DNA of 63,941 bases, filler included, from Octopus bimaculoides (Eukaryota), in assembly GCF_001194135.2 (NCBI RefSeq). It is 5 parts of 4 records of this genome, joined end to end, with 100 filler letters (N's around TTAATTAATTAA, not from the genome) between each part and the next. Parts side by side here need not be neighbours in the genome. Positions count along the whole stretch, not along the records: positions 1 to 29,816 come from NC_068994.1; positions 29,917 to 39,815 come from NC_068986.1; positions 39,916 to 53,668 come from NC_068986.1; 2 more parts are not named here. One strand, written 5' to 3'. How positions within the stretch are numbered: the stretch's first letter is position 1; each line of letters starts with the position of its first letter. This document shows positions 27,956 to 40,856 of the stretch, piece by piece. The notes under the pieces were generated by a model. It ran no database searches. It had not been told where the DNA came from and worked only from the letters and a program-made list of their open reading frames with translations. A program made the position numbers and the translations under genes.

Positions 27956-28118
27956 GATGGGCTTCTTTCAGTTTCCGTCTACCAAATCCACTCACAAGGC
28001 TTTGGTCGGCGCAAGTCTATAGCAGAAGACACTTGCCCAAGGTGCCACGCAGTGAGACTGAACCCGGAACCATGTGGTTCGGAGGCAAGCTACTTACCAC
28101 ACAGCCACTCCTGCGCCT
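27741..28118 (-). mobile_element. SINE group B, full length with internal microsatellite
   Basis: tRNA-like head (reverse complement AGGCGCAGGAGTGGCTGTGTGGTAAG...GGTTCAGTC), internal (TA/CA)n, and tail ending CAGTCAAATGACTGAAAC. Confidence 0.9.
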
Positions 28119-28224
28119 AAAAGAAAATATAACGTACTGCAAATATATAAAACAATGTAAAAAAAAAAAGAATTAGAAATAAAATATATTAACGAAATAT
28201 TCGTAAAAATATACACTTTTATCC

Positions 28225-28593
28225 CTTTACTTGTTTCAGGCACTGGACTACGGCCATTCTGGAGCACCTCCTTGAAGGGTTTGGTCGACCAAATGAAGCC
28301 CAATATTTATTCTATCAAACAATTTGCCGAACTGCTAGGTTACTGGAAGCACCGGTTGTATAATCGCGAGTATGCATACATACATGTGTGCACACACGAG
28401 CATATATACGCATGTGTACGACGGGCATCCGCACAGTTTCTGTTTGCTAAATTCATGAACAAGGAACTGGTCAGCTGGAACTATAACAGAAAAAAAAACA
28501 AACAAACAAATATTGCCCCAGGTACCACGCAGGGAGATTGAACTCCACACCACACGGTTTTAAAGTGAACTTCTTAACGACACAGGCATACCT
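28225..28593 (-). mobile_element. Older, diverged SINE group B copy in tandem
   Basis: Same motif order as 27741-28118 with more substitutions. Confidence 0.7.
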
Positions 28594-29454
28594 GAGAAAC
28601 ACACTCAGATATATACACATACATACATGTAAATTTAAAGTGAGCTATATAAAATATTAAAGAAATATGATTATTTTATATAAGATAACTTAAAATGTTT
28701 AATATAATAATACATACATACATACATGTGTACGTATCTGCGTGCGTATGTTTGTGCGCGTAATTCTATCTATCTATCTATGAATATGTATATAATCTAA
28801 ACAATAGATATCACACATGTATGTATACATTTTATCTTTTATCACTTACATGTCCCCCACCTCTCTCTCTCCCTGTACACACGCACGCACACATAGTGTT
28901 TTGGAGATAATCACAAAAATAAATATACTGCATATTCAATGTGAACAATAATTAAAAATGCAATAAAATATAATAGACATCTTTAAAATATAATTGTACA
29001 TGGCAAAGTATATAAGCATATTACAAATCTGTATCAATATATTTATATATATATATATATATNNNNNNNNNNNNNNNNNNNNNNNNNNNNNNNNNNNNNN
29101 NNNNNNNNNNNNNNNNNNNNNNNNNNNNNNNNNNNNNNNNNNNNNNNNNNNNNNNNNNNNNNNNNNNNNNNNNNNNNNNNNNNNNNNNNNNNNNNNNNNN
29201 NNNNNNNNNNNNNNNNNNNNNNNNNNNNNNNNNNNNNNNNNNNNNNNNNNNNNNNNNNNNNNNNNNNNNNNNNNNNNNNNNNNNNNNNNNNNNNNNNNNN
29301 NNNNNNNNNNNNNNNNNNNNNNNNNNNNNNNNNNNNNNNNNNNNNNNNNNNNNNNNNNNNNNNNNNNNNNNNNNNNNNNNNNNNNNNNNNNNNNNNNNNN
29401 NNNNNNNNNNNNNNNNNNNNNNNNNNNNNNNNNNNNNNNNNNNNNNNNNNNNNN

Positions 29455-29498
<44 letters not shown>

Positions 29499-29816
29499 TA
29501 AAAATCTAATTAAATACAAAAGCGGCGAAACAATAGGGATATTTATATAACAGAATGAAATAACTAATGAGAACTGGAGAAAAAAATATAATGAAGGAAT
29601 TATTTATATAACAGGAAAAAGAAGATGGAGCTGAATGATACTAAAACGATCGTTATTAAACATCTGTATGTATGTATGTATGCGTGTGTGTATGTATGTA
29701 TGAGTGTATGTATGTATGTATGAGTGTATGTATGCATCGGTGTATGATGTAAGGTTGTATGTATGAATGCATGTGCATATATTTATATGTATGTATGTAT
29801 GTATATATATATATAT

Positions 29817-29916
29817 NNNNNNNNNNNNNNNNNNNNNNNNNNNNNNNNNNNNNNNNNNNNTTAATTAATTAANNNNNNNNNNNNNNNNNNNNNNNNNNNN
29901 NNNNNNNNNNNNNNNN
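29817..29916. other. Artificial scaffold linker N44-TTAATTAATTAA-N44 (also 39816-39915, 53669-53768, 62375-62474)
   Basis: Four identical 100-bp constructs; the palindromic 12-mer puts TAA in all six frames. Confidence 0.95.
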
Positions 29917-30030
29917 GAACTCTCCTTGTTTCCGACGAAGGGCGCCGCCCGAAACGTCATACTCTCTCTCTTTCCTTTCCCGAGCGTCTAATAACACTAT
30001 TCGTATCACGTCCTCACGTTGTTGTTTTTT
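29917..30030 (+). mobile_element. Penelope-like element terminal repeat fragment carrying a minimal type I hammerhead ribozyme motif
   Basis: GTTT-CCGACGA-A-GGGC gcc GCCC-GAAA-CGTC-ATAC: core box, 4-bp stem II, GAAA box, palindromic ACGT stem III, and stem I (GTTT/ATAC, one mismatch). Truncated on the left by an assembly linker. Confidence 0.6.
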
Positions 30031-30056
30031 GTTATTGTTTTTTGTCTTTTTTTGAA

Positions 30057-30091
<35 letters not shown>

Positions 30092-31614
30092 GTATGTTCA
30101 TATATATATATATATATATATATATAACACGCATGCTCACGCGCACGCACGCGCATATAATCCCAACATACATTTCTTAATTCATCTCACGATTGTTATG
30201 GAATTCGTTAACTAAAAAAAATAGAACATTGAAAATTAAGAAAAGCAACGAAGATAAGTTTTCTTTTTTCGTCTTCTACTACTACTACTACTACTACTAC
30301 TACTATGCTTATTTTTTCTTCTTCTTCGTCTTGTTGTTGTTGCTGTTCTTGTTAGTATTGTTATTTATTATTATCAGCATTATTATCATTGTCATCATTG
30401 TTGTTGTCACGCATTTTTTTCCCCCTGGATTTTTTTTTTATTGTCTCTTTGTTTTATTTGTTGTTGTTAGTGTTTTTTTGTTGTTGTTTTTTTGCTTGAT
30501 GCGTCTATTGATAGTGCTGCAATTGCATTTGTTATTTGTTGTAGTTGATGCTACTGCTACTGCTGCTACCGCTGCTGCTGCTGCGACTGTTTTCTTTTAA
30601 AAACAGTGCCGAAGGCATATGGAATAAAATCAAATAAAACTCTAAAAAACAAAAAAAAAACACACACAAATTAAATAAAAATAAAATAAAGTAAAATAAT
30701 CAATGAAGTTATCGATAATACGAAGAGAAAAGAAGTAGTATAATTTAAAAACAACAACATAAAAAAACTAAAAGAAAGAAAGAAAGAAAGAGAGAAAGAA
30801 AGAAGATAGAAGGGAAGAAAGAAAGAAAGAAAGAGAGAAAGAAAGAAGATAGAAGGGAAGAAAGAAAGAAAGAAAACGAAGCTATACAACATCTTAGCAA
30901 TGAGAACATCACCTCATTACTAAAGTAATTTGTTGTNNNNNNNNNNNNNNNNNNNNNNNNNNNNNNNNNNNNNNNNNNNNNNNNNNNNNNNNNNNNNNNN
31001 NNNNNNNNNNNNNNNNNNNNNNNNNNNNNNNNNNNNNNNNNNNNNNNNNNNNNNNNNNNNNNNNNNNNNNNNNNNNNNNNNNNNNNNNNNNNNNNNNNNN
31101 NNNNNNNNNNNNNNNNNNNNNNNNNNNNNNNNNNNNNNNNNNNNNNNNNNNNNNNNNNNNNNNNNNNNNNNNNNNNNNNNNNNNNNNNNNNNNNNNNNNN
31201 NNNNNNNNNNNNNNNNNNNNNNNNNNNNNNNNNNNNNNNNNNNNNNNNNNNNNNNNNNNNNNNNNNNNNNNNNNNNNNNNNNNNNNNNNNNNNNNNNNNN
31301 NNNNNNNNNNNNNNNNNNNNNNNNNNNNNNNNNNNNNNNNNNNNNNNNNNNNNNNNNNNNNNNNNNNNNNNNNNNNNNNNNNNNNNNNNNNNNNNNNNNN
31401 NNNNNNNNNNNNNNNNNNNNNNNNNNNNNNNNNNNNNNNNNNNNNNNNNNNNNNNNNNNNNNNNNNNNNNNNNNNNNNNNNNNNNNNNNNNATTTATTCA
31501 ATTATTTGTTTGCTTTTATTTGTTTTTCAATACTTTTCTGTTGTTATTGTAATAATTATGTTTACTTTTAGTTGTTGTCGTGGCTGCTACTTTAATTACT
31601 GTAGTAGTAGTAGT

Positions 31615-31747
<133 letters not shown>

Positions 31748-32970
31748 TTTCTTTTTGTTTATTATTTTAAAGTTTCTATATTTAGTAGTTGTTTTCTTTG
31801 GGTGTGGTTTTTAAAACTGTTCTTTTTTTCTCTCTCTCTCTTTTGAATTTATTTTTTTTATTATTATCAAATTTACTTGACTATTGAGAAACGAACTAAA
31901 ATGTATGGCTTGGAGCGTTATTTTAGCAGCAAAGTTGAAAAATAATACTCGTGTAAAGAATGGCTGATCTTGTCGTTGTACTCATCGTTGGCATTATTCC
32001 CGTCGTCGTAGTCGTCGTCGTCGTTGTTGTTGCACTTTTCCTAGATTTTATAGTTGTAGTAGTTAGTAATGTTAGTTGATGGTGCTATTGTTGTTGCTGT
32101 CGGCTGCTGCTGCTGCTGCTGCTGTTGCTGCTGTTGCTGCCTTTATTATTACCATTTTCTTTTCTTTTTTCCTTGTTATGTTTTTTTTTCTTTTTTACTA
32201 TTGTCGTCGTTGTCTTCGGCATTGTCATTGCTGCTTTATTTTTGTTTTGATTTTGGTATTTTTTTTCTTCTTGTATTTGCATTGTTCTTGTTGTTGCCTT
32301 TGTTTACGTTTCTTTAGGGAAAGGGGGTTCTGGTTGTCGTTGTTGCTACTGATGTTGTAGTTGATGACGATCATGATGGTGGTGGTGGTGGTGATGATGA
32401 TGATGATTGTGGTGCTGGTGGTGCTGGTGGTGGCGGCTACGGCGGCGGCGGCGGTGGTGGTGATGATGATGATGATTATAATGATTGATGAGGATTTTAT
32501 TGTTGTTGTTCTCTTTCCGCCATTATTGTCATTATTGTCTTGTTTTCTTAGTTCATGTTGTTGTTTACCTTGCATTTTGCTCCTGGTGGTGGTAGTGGTG
32601 TTAGTGGAAGTGGAAGTGATGGTGGTGGTCGAAGTCGTTGTGGTGGTAGCGGTGCTGGAGGTAGTCATGTTGTTGTTGGTAGTGGTGACAATGAAAATGG
32701 CGGAGGTGGTGGTGGCAGTAGTAGTGGTGGGGTAGTGGTGGTGGGGTAGTGGTGGTGGTGATGGAGGTGATGGTGAGAGGTTATTTCCTTTGTTTCTTTT
32801 ATTTATAGCGTATTTTATTTAAAAATTGATTGTAAATCCAACAAAAAGTATGTGGTAACATACAAAACGAAATGGAGGACATGCACACTTGATAGGGAAA
32901 TAAGGAGGAGGTAATCTATAAGGAACTCATGAGTAGTATAGAGTAAAAATATGTATGTATATACATAGAT

Positions 32971-33023
<53 letters not shown>

Positions 33024-33049
33024 CGTGTGTGTGTACATTTTTAAACATA

Positions 33050-33113
33050 TGTGGTAAGTAGCTTGCTTCCCAACCACATGGTTCCGGGTTCAGTCCCACT
33101 GCGTGGCACCTTG
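33050..33113 (+). mobile_element. SINE group B head, cut by a gap
   Basis: TGTGGTAAGTAGCTTGCTTCCCAACCACATGGTTCCGGGTTCAGTCCCACTGCGTGGCACCTTG. Confidence 0.85.
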
Positions 33114-34118
33114 NNNNNNNNNNNNNNNNNNNNNNNNNNNNNNNNNNNNNNNNNNNNNNNNNNNNNNNNNNNNNNNNNNNNNNNNNNNNNNNNNNNNNNN
33201 NNNNNNNNNNNNNNNNNNNNNNNNNNNNNNNNNNNNNNNNNNNNNNNNNNNNNNNNNNNNNNNNNNNNNNNNNNNNNNNNNNNNNNNNNNNNNNNNNNNN
33301 NNNNNNNNNNNNNNNNNNNNNNNNNNNNNNNNNNNNNNNNNNNNNNNNNNNNNNNNNNNNNNNNNNNNNNNNNNNNNNNNNNNNNNNNNNNNNNNNNNNN
33401 NNNNNNNNNNNNNNNNNNNNNNNNNNNNNNNNNNNNNNNNNNNNNNNNNNNNNNNNNNNNNNNNNNNNNNNNNNNNNNNNNNNNNNNNNNNNNNNNNNNN
33501 NNNNNNNNNNNNNNNNNNNNNNNNNNNNNNNNNNNNNNNNNNNNNNNNNNNNNNNNNNNNNNNNNNNNNNNNNNNNNNNNNNNNNNNNNNNNNNNNNNNN
33601 NNNNNNNNNNNNNNNNNNNNNNNNNNNNNNNNNNNNNNNNNNNNNNNNNNNNNNNNNNNNNNNNNNNNNNNNNNNNNNNNNNNNNNNNNNNNNNNNNNNN
33701 NNNNNNNNNNNNNNNNNNNNNNNNNNNNNNNNNNNNNNNNNNNNNNNNNNNGGTTACCGTGGTAGTTCTCAGGTATATTGCAGTTTATGGCTAACTGCAT
33801 CAGGTAGTAACGGGCGTCGATGGCCGCTTGGTATTAGCAATAGCGCTGCAATTCTTCTGGTGGGTAACTTTGTGTTCGCTTCACTAGATTATGAATGTTA
33901 TCAAGAGTGTAGATTTCAAACAATTGTGTGTTGCATACTCTGCAGAAACACGTGGAGGTCAATTTACCCAACAAATTATGCTGTATGACAAACTGAAACA
34001 TTAAAGAGAGAAATTTGATGATGAACTAGTCTCCGTATTGTTTATAATTGTTTGCTCCATAGGAACCGACGATTCTGCTACTTTTAACTTCAGGAGGACA
34101 CCTTCAGCAGTTTATGCC

Positions 34119-34450
34119 GTGCACGCTGCACTCGCTATATATTGCAAGCGGGGAGGGAACAGTCGTGTTTAGGTGACGTTAAACACTACTTGTCAGTATG
34201 ATTACTGCTTTCATTTCTTATAGAGAATTTCTTAACGACTTAGTTTGCTTGTTGCAAGATCAGTGACTGTATGTCAATTATTTTTCTATATATTGCGAGC
34301 TGGTGTGAACTACTGCTATGTCTAGCGGACGAGTATCCATCACAGAAGATGACCATAAGAAGGCCGAAACCGTACGATCTGATGGTCTCGGAGATAAAAT
34401 AGAAAGGAGTTCTCTCCCCGCTTGCAATATATATCGATCGCAGTGTGCAC
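34119..34450. repeat. 42-bp inverted repeat pair with 248-bp spacer
   Basis: 34119-34160 versus 34409-34450, 5 mismatches. Confidence 0.8.
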
Positions 34451-34565
34451 TGCATAACCAGCTGGAGGAGATGTCTTCCTGGGGTTAAAAATAGTAATAT
34501 AGTGGGTTCCTAAGGAACAGCCGTGATTAAGTGGCGCTAAACACTACTTGTTATATATATATATA

Positions 34566-35157
<592 letters not shown>

Positions 35158-35173
35158 TACACACACACATATT

Positions 35174-35214
<41 letters not shown>

Positions 35215-35502
35215 ACATATCAATGTATATATATACATATATAAATATGTGTTATGTTATATTACATGTATATACATGCACATATACTTTATGAAATATC
35301 ATAACCACTCAGCAAATTCGTAAAAGATTATACATCGGTAGCCAGTAAGCCGGATGACATCGACATAGCTGAGAAAAGTAACCTTCACCAGGATGAAAAG
35401 TACGCAACATTACTTCACATTTTTAAAGACGCACCATACAAATGCAAGAAATAGCTATTAGTATTTCAACGAATATATAAATGTTTTAATTTATGCTTTC
35501 AG

Positions 35503-35564
35503 ACCACGACGCTGTGTTAATAGATGTCGATGATGTTAAGCTGTTGAAAACTATCAGCAACTAA
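35503..35564 (+). CDS. Candidate terminal coding exon of an unidentified gene
   Basis: Strong acceptor TTTTAATTTATGCTTTCAG, then phase-1 frame (x)HDAVLIDVDDVKLLKTISN*; unique non-repeat sequence; no homology recognised. Confidence 0.3.
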
Positions 35565-35890
35565 TCGAAAATGTCAGAAGACGACTATTTGTTTTTGTTT
35601 TTTTGTTTTTTGTTTTTTTTTTCTTTTAAGACCTGATGCAGTAGCAAGAGCTATTGAAATCTCATCCGAGGGGGGGGGGCAGAATGATTCGTTCTCATAA
35701 AAGGATATATGAGTTTGGATATATGTATATACTTCCTTAAATATACATGTGTGTGTGTGTGTGTGTGTGTGCATGATCCGCAATACAAGGAAATTACGTG
35801 TGATGCAGTAGTGCCATCCGCTGGAGTACTGATGGAATTTCGTCAACTGATCATAGAATTTCGCTGCTTTTTAGCATCTGTCGTCTACAC

Positions 35891-36169
35891 CAGGAGTTTT
35901 CAAACTTTTTGACTTGCGGACCCCTTTATATTTCAGGCTTTACCTTAGGGACCCCCTTATAAACACTTATGAAATTTAGACATAAATATTTGCTTAGAAT
36001 AACATATATTTTTACATTTATTTATTTAACAGTATTTAACAAATAGGTTTATTGCCAATTAAAAGATTTCGATTAAAAAACATATATAAAATCAAATTGC
36101 CCATAAAAAGTATTTGCTGTCCACGGATCCCCTGTCTTGTCCTTGCGGACCACAGTTTGAAAACCCCTG
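35891..36169. mobile_element. Complete hAT (Charlie-type) MITE with target-site duplication
   Basis: TIRs CAGGAGTTTTCAAACT / AGTTTGAAAACCCCTG (15/16) and a perfect 8-bp TSD GTCTACAC at 35883-35890 and 36170-36177. Confidence 0.95.
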
Positions 36170-36830
36170 GTCTACACGAAATGATTTTGCGGGACGCGTA
36201 CTGCAGTCTAAGGCGTTATAAACAACACCTCCAAGTTAGGTTGGATGTGTTTATGAGAGAGAGAGAGAGAGAGAGAAGAAGAGTGAGAGTCAAAGGGAGA
36301 GAGAGAGACAAAGAGAGAGAGAGAGACAAAGGGAGAGAGAGAGAGAAAGGGAGAGAGAGAGAGAAAGGGAAGGGGGAGAAGGGGAAAGAGAAAGCAAGTG
36401 AGTGAGAGACAGGAGAGTTCAGGAGTGAGAGGGAGAGAGAAGAGGAGGAGAGAGAGGGAGAGAAAGGAAAAGAGAGCTAGGGAGAGAGAGGAGAAGAAAG
36501 AGAAGGCATTTACGATTATCTAAGCAATCTTTTCATCGTTGTTTTAACGAAATACATCTTGTAATCACCGGAAGAGACACATCTACACATCTAAGCCAGT
36601 TGTTCAGTATCCCACTCGTCAGGGATCACTGTTAAACGGATCGAAACGATTGTAGTGATCAATAGATATTCTCGTATCTTCCCTCTTCCGTCTCTCTCTT
36701 GTTAATCAAATATATGTATGTGTATTACACACACACATAAATATATGTATGTATGTATATATGTATGCATGCATATATATGCATGTATGTGCATGCATAC
36801 ATATGCATCTATATATACATATTCATATAC

Positions 36831-36900
<70 letters not shown>

Positions 36901-36982
36901 ACACACACACACACATTGATGTGCTCTTTGTACACGTAGTTCTCTTCAGACCATATGTAGTGATGCATATATATATATAGTG

Positions 36983-37317
36983 AAGGCGCATGACTCAGTG
37001 GTTAGAGCATCGAGCTTACGATCGTGAGGTTGAGTTCGATTCTTGGACCGGGCTGCGTGTTGTGTTCTTGAGCAAGACACTTTATTTCACGTTGCTCCAG
37101 TTAACTCAGCTGTAGAAATGAGTTGTGACATCACTGGTGCCAAGCTGTATCGGCCCCTTTGCCTTTCCCTTGGATAACATCAGTGGTGTGGTGAGGGGAG
37201 GCCGGTATGCATGGGCAACTGCTGGCCTTCCATAAACAACCTTGCTCGGACTTGTGCCTGGGGGGGATAACTTTCTAGGTGCAATCCCATAGTCATTCAT
37301 GACCGAAGGGGTCTTCT
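36983..37317 (+). mobile_element. SINE group A (tRNA head, CORE-like domain), full length
   Basis: AGGCGCATGACTCAGTGGTTAGAGC...GTTCGATTC...TTGAGCAAGACACTT...CAGCTGTAGAAATGAG...GACCGAAGGGG. Confidence 0.9.
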
Positions 37318-38193
37318 NNNNNNNNNNNNNNNNNNNNNNNNNNNNNNNNNNNNNNNNNNNNNNNNNNNNNNNNNNNNNNNNNNNNNNNNNNNNNNNNNNN
37401 NNNNNNNNNNNNNNNNNNNNNNNNNNNNNNNNNNNNNNNNNNNNNNNNNNNNNNNNNNNNNNNNNNNNNNNNNNNNNNNNNNNNNNNNNNNNNNNNNNNN
37501 NNNNNNNNNNNNNNNNNNNNNNNNNNNNNNNNNNNNNNNNNNNNNNNNNNNNNNNNNNNNNNNNNNNNNNNNNNNNNNNNNNNNNNNNNNNNNNNNNNNN
37601 NNNNNNNNNNNNNNNNNNNNNNNNNNNNNNNNNNNNNNNNNNNNNNNNNNNNNNNNNNNNNNNNNNNNNNNNNNNNNNNNNNNNNNNNNNNNNNNNNNNN
37701 NNNNNNNNNNNNNNNNNNNNNNNNNNNNNNNNNNNNNNNNNNNNNNNNNNNNNNNNNNNNNNNNNNNNNNNNNNNNNNNNNNNNNNNNNNNNNNNNNNNN
37801 NNNNNNNNNNNNNNNNNNNNNNNNNNNNNNNNNNNNNNNNNNNNNNNNNNNNNNNNNNNNNNNNNNNNNNNNNNNNNNNNNNNNNNNNNNNNNNNNNNNN
37901 NNNNNNNNNNNNNNNNNNNNNNNNNNNNNNNNNNNNNNNNNNNNNNNNNNNNNNNNNNNNNNNNNNNNNNNNNNNNNNNNNNNNNNNNNNNNNNNNNNNN
38001 NNNNNNNNNNNNNNNNNNNNNNNNNNNNNNNNNNNNNNNNNNNNNNNNNNNNNNNNNNNNNNNNNNNNNNNNNNNNNNNNNNNNNNNNNNNNNNNNNNNN
38101 NNNNNNNNNNNNNNNNNNNNNNNNNNNNNNNNNNNNNNNNNNNNNNNNNNNNNNNNNNNNNNNNNNNNNNNNNNNNNNNNNNNNNNNNNNNNN

Positions 38194-38256
<63 letters not shown>

Positions 38257-38881
38257 ACTATACCATGTAGTTAGGCTAACAGTCAATTGCTGAACTGCAT
38301 GTTGTATTCTTCAGGTCTCCCGTACACACGGCTTCGAGTTTCTATAAGCTTTTAGACATCATCCATTTCCTAATAGCCTTTGAAATCTTGGTAGCACCAT
38401 CACAGTTTAGATATCAATAAATTTTTTTTTTTACTTACGTGCTGCTTTTAAATAGAGTAAGACTTAGCATTTTCTAGATGACACAAATCTCCATAAAATT
38501 AACTCAACAGAGCAGTTGCTACAACGCAAATCAAAGACTTAAAATGGCGGTAGCAATGGACGCTGCTTAATGGGGTTTGCTTCCACTAAAGCAGGAAAAC
38601 AAATCCCAAATTTGAAAATTAGAATGAATGGTTACATGCGCATTCAGTTGGATTGCATTAGACATCTAAGGTAAAAATGGTATCTTGTCAATATTACACT
38701 GACCATCTCATGAAAGCAATCTTTTTTTTTTTTTTTTTTAATGAATCCTCTACTTGCCAAAGCACAGTACTATGTTTCTCTCTTCGGGAACTACGTGGCA
38801 TTTATTTTGTTTTATTCTCATCCAACTTTATTTTTTTTTTCTTTCTGATGTATGAGATCAATCGATAAACTCTAGCTCTCA

Positions 38882-38921
<40 letters not shown>

Positions 38922-39699
38922 CCCCTCCATCTCATTCACTCACTCAATCACTTGCTCTCTTTCTCCCTCCCTCTTTCTTTCCCTCTGTCTTTCCCTCCCC
39001 TCTTCCCTTTCTCCGTCTCTTTCCCATTCTCTCCCTCTCACTCCCTCTCTCTCTCCCTCTCTCCCTCTCTCTCTCACTCACTTGCTTTCTCTTTATTTCT
39101 CTCTATCCCTTCTCTTTCCCCTTCTCTTCCTCTCTCACTCTCTCTCTCTCTCACTCTTTCTTTCCCTGTCCCCCATTCTCTTGCCTTCTCTTTCTTCTCC
39201 TCTCTCTCCCTAGCTCTCTTTTCCTTTCTCTCCCTCTCTCTCCTCCTCCTCTCTCTCCCTCTCACTCTTGAACTCTCCTGTCTCTCACTCACTTGCTTTC
39301 TCTTTCCCCTTCTCCCCCCTTCCCTTTCTCTCTCTCTCCCTTTCTCTCTCTCTCTCTCTCTCCCTTTGTCTCTCTCTCTCCCTTTGACTCTCTTTCTTCT
39401 TCTCTCTCTCTCTCTTTCATTTTGTCTCTCTCTTTCTTACACAATGATTTACACTTTAGAAACGAGCAATCTATGGACCTTTACTTTGTATGTGAACCTT
39501 TGCTCAAGTAAACCAACGCTTTTGTTTTGTTTTGTTTTGTTTTTATCGACTAAGACAATACAAGAGAACCAACTTTCCTTTAATGGATGGAATTTTTATT
39601 CATTAAGGTCCCTGCAGTAATGCTTCTATAACCGTTTCATAACCACAGGCAACATACAATCAGTTAATGCAGAAAACTCTTATTTGGTCTGTATGCGTC

Positions 39700-39745
<46 letters not shown>

Positions 39746-39915
39746 ACAGGCGCGCGCGCGCACACACAGGGGTGGGTAAAAGAAGGTATACAGTTGCTTA
39801 ATATGAATGGAATGTNNNNNNNNNNNNNNNNNNNNNNNNNNNNNNNNNNNNNNNNNNNNTTAATTAATTAANNNNNNNNNNNNNNNNNNNNNNNNNNNNN
39901 NNNNNNNNNNNNNNN

Positions 39916-40043
39916 GGGAGATGCACTTACATAGCAAGTGACCTGATCTGAGATCGTGTGCTGGAACGAAAACAATTGCAGCGTGGAAGGTGTTTATAAG
40001 CCATTTAAAATAACACACAAAATCCGTTAGATTCACTTCAACA

Positions 40044-40050
<7 letters not shown>
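39916..40050. repeat. Probable dispersed repeat fragment next to a linker
   Basis: GCAAGTGACCTGATCTGAGATCGTGTGCTGGAACGAAAACAATTGCAGCGTGGAAGG; recognised as an octopus-type repeat from recall only, single copy in this window. Confidence 0.35.
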
Positions 40051-40081
<31 letters not shown>

Positions 40082-40764
40082 GGAATAGTTACTATGTGGC
40101 ACTGTGTAGAATATATTGTATTGAGGATCATGGGTAAGGCCAAAACAATGCGAAGTAAATCCAAGGTGAATCACAAGAAATATTGAATGCAAGATAAGTC
40201 TACATAAATTTGCACATTTATGTTCTTTTGAGTTACCTTGCATTTACATCGCATTGTTTTGGACTAACCTACGACCCTTTATACAAATACACGTGCGTGT
40301 GTGTGAGTGTGTGTGTGTAAACCTACTAATAGTTTCACGTACATGGAAACCGAAGTACGTTCTTTAAGCGTGGACTATTCTACCGAAAATCTGTTTAAAT
40401 AATGGACTGAATATAAAACGGTGCGAAAAAAAGCCGAACAACCACACGGATCGTATGGAAGATACCACTAAAGCGAACTGCACAAAAAGCTACTTTCATC
40501 CACAACGAGTCATTTGACCATTTAAGTGGATTCCATCAATATCCTGCTACTGTCATACCATTCCCGCAGCTCTTTCTTCTTCTTCTTCTCCTCCTCCTCC
40601 TCCTCCTTCTCCTCCTTTCTCTACTACTACTGCTGCTTAAACAATCAAAGACAAGAATTCCAAACAAACTCGCTGCTGTCAACTACCTAGAAATTGCAAG
40701 ATTAAAAAATAAGAGAGACAGAGACAGGCTGAGAAAAGGAAAATGTCCCTTGCATTTACTCTTT

Positions 40765-40856
40765 TACTCTTTTACTTGTTTCAGTCTTTTGACTCTGGCC
40801 ATGCTAGAGCACCGCCTTTAGTTGAGCAAATCGACCCCAGGACTTATTCTTTAGAA
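40765..40856 (-). mobile_element. SINE group B tail, cut by a gap
   Basis: TTTTACTTGTTTCAGTCTTTTGACTCTGGCCATGCTAGAGCACCGCC...GACCCCAGGACTTATTC. Confidence 0.85.

Noticed and set aside
38542-38552. YY1-like AAAATGGCGG motif (similar AATGGCGG at 58426)
   Set aside because: Isolated short motifs without a CpG-rich promoter or downstream exon.
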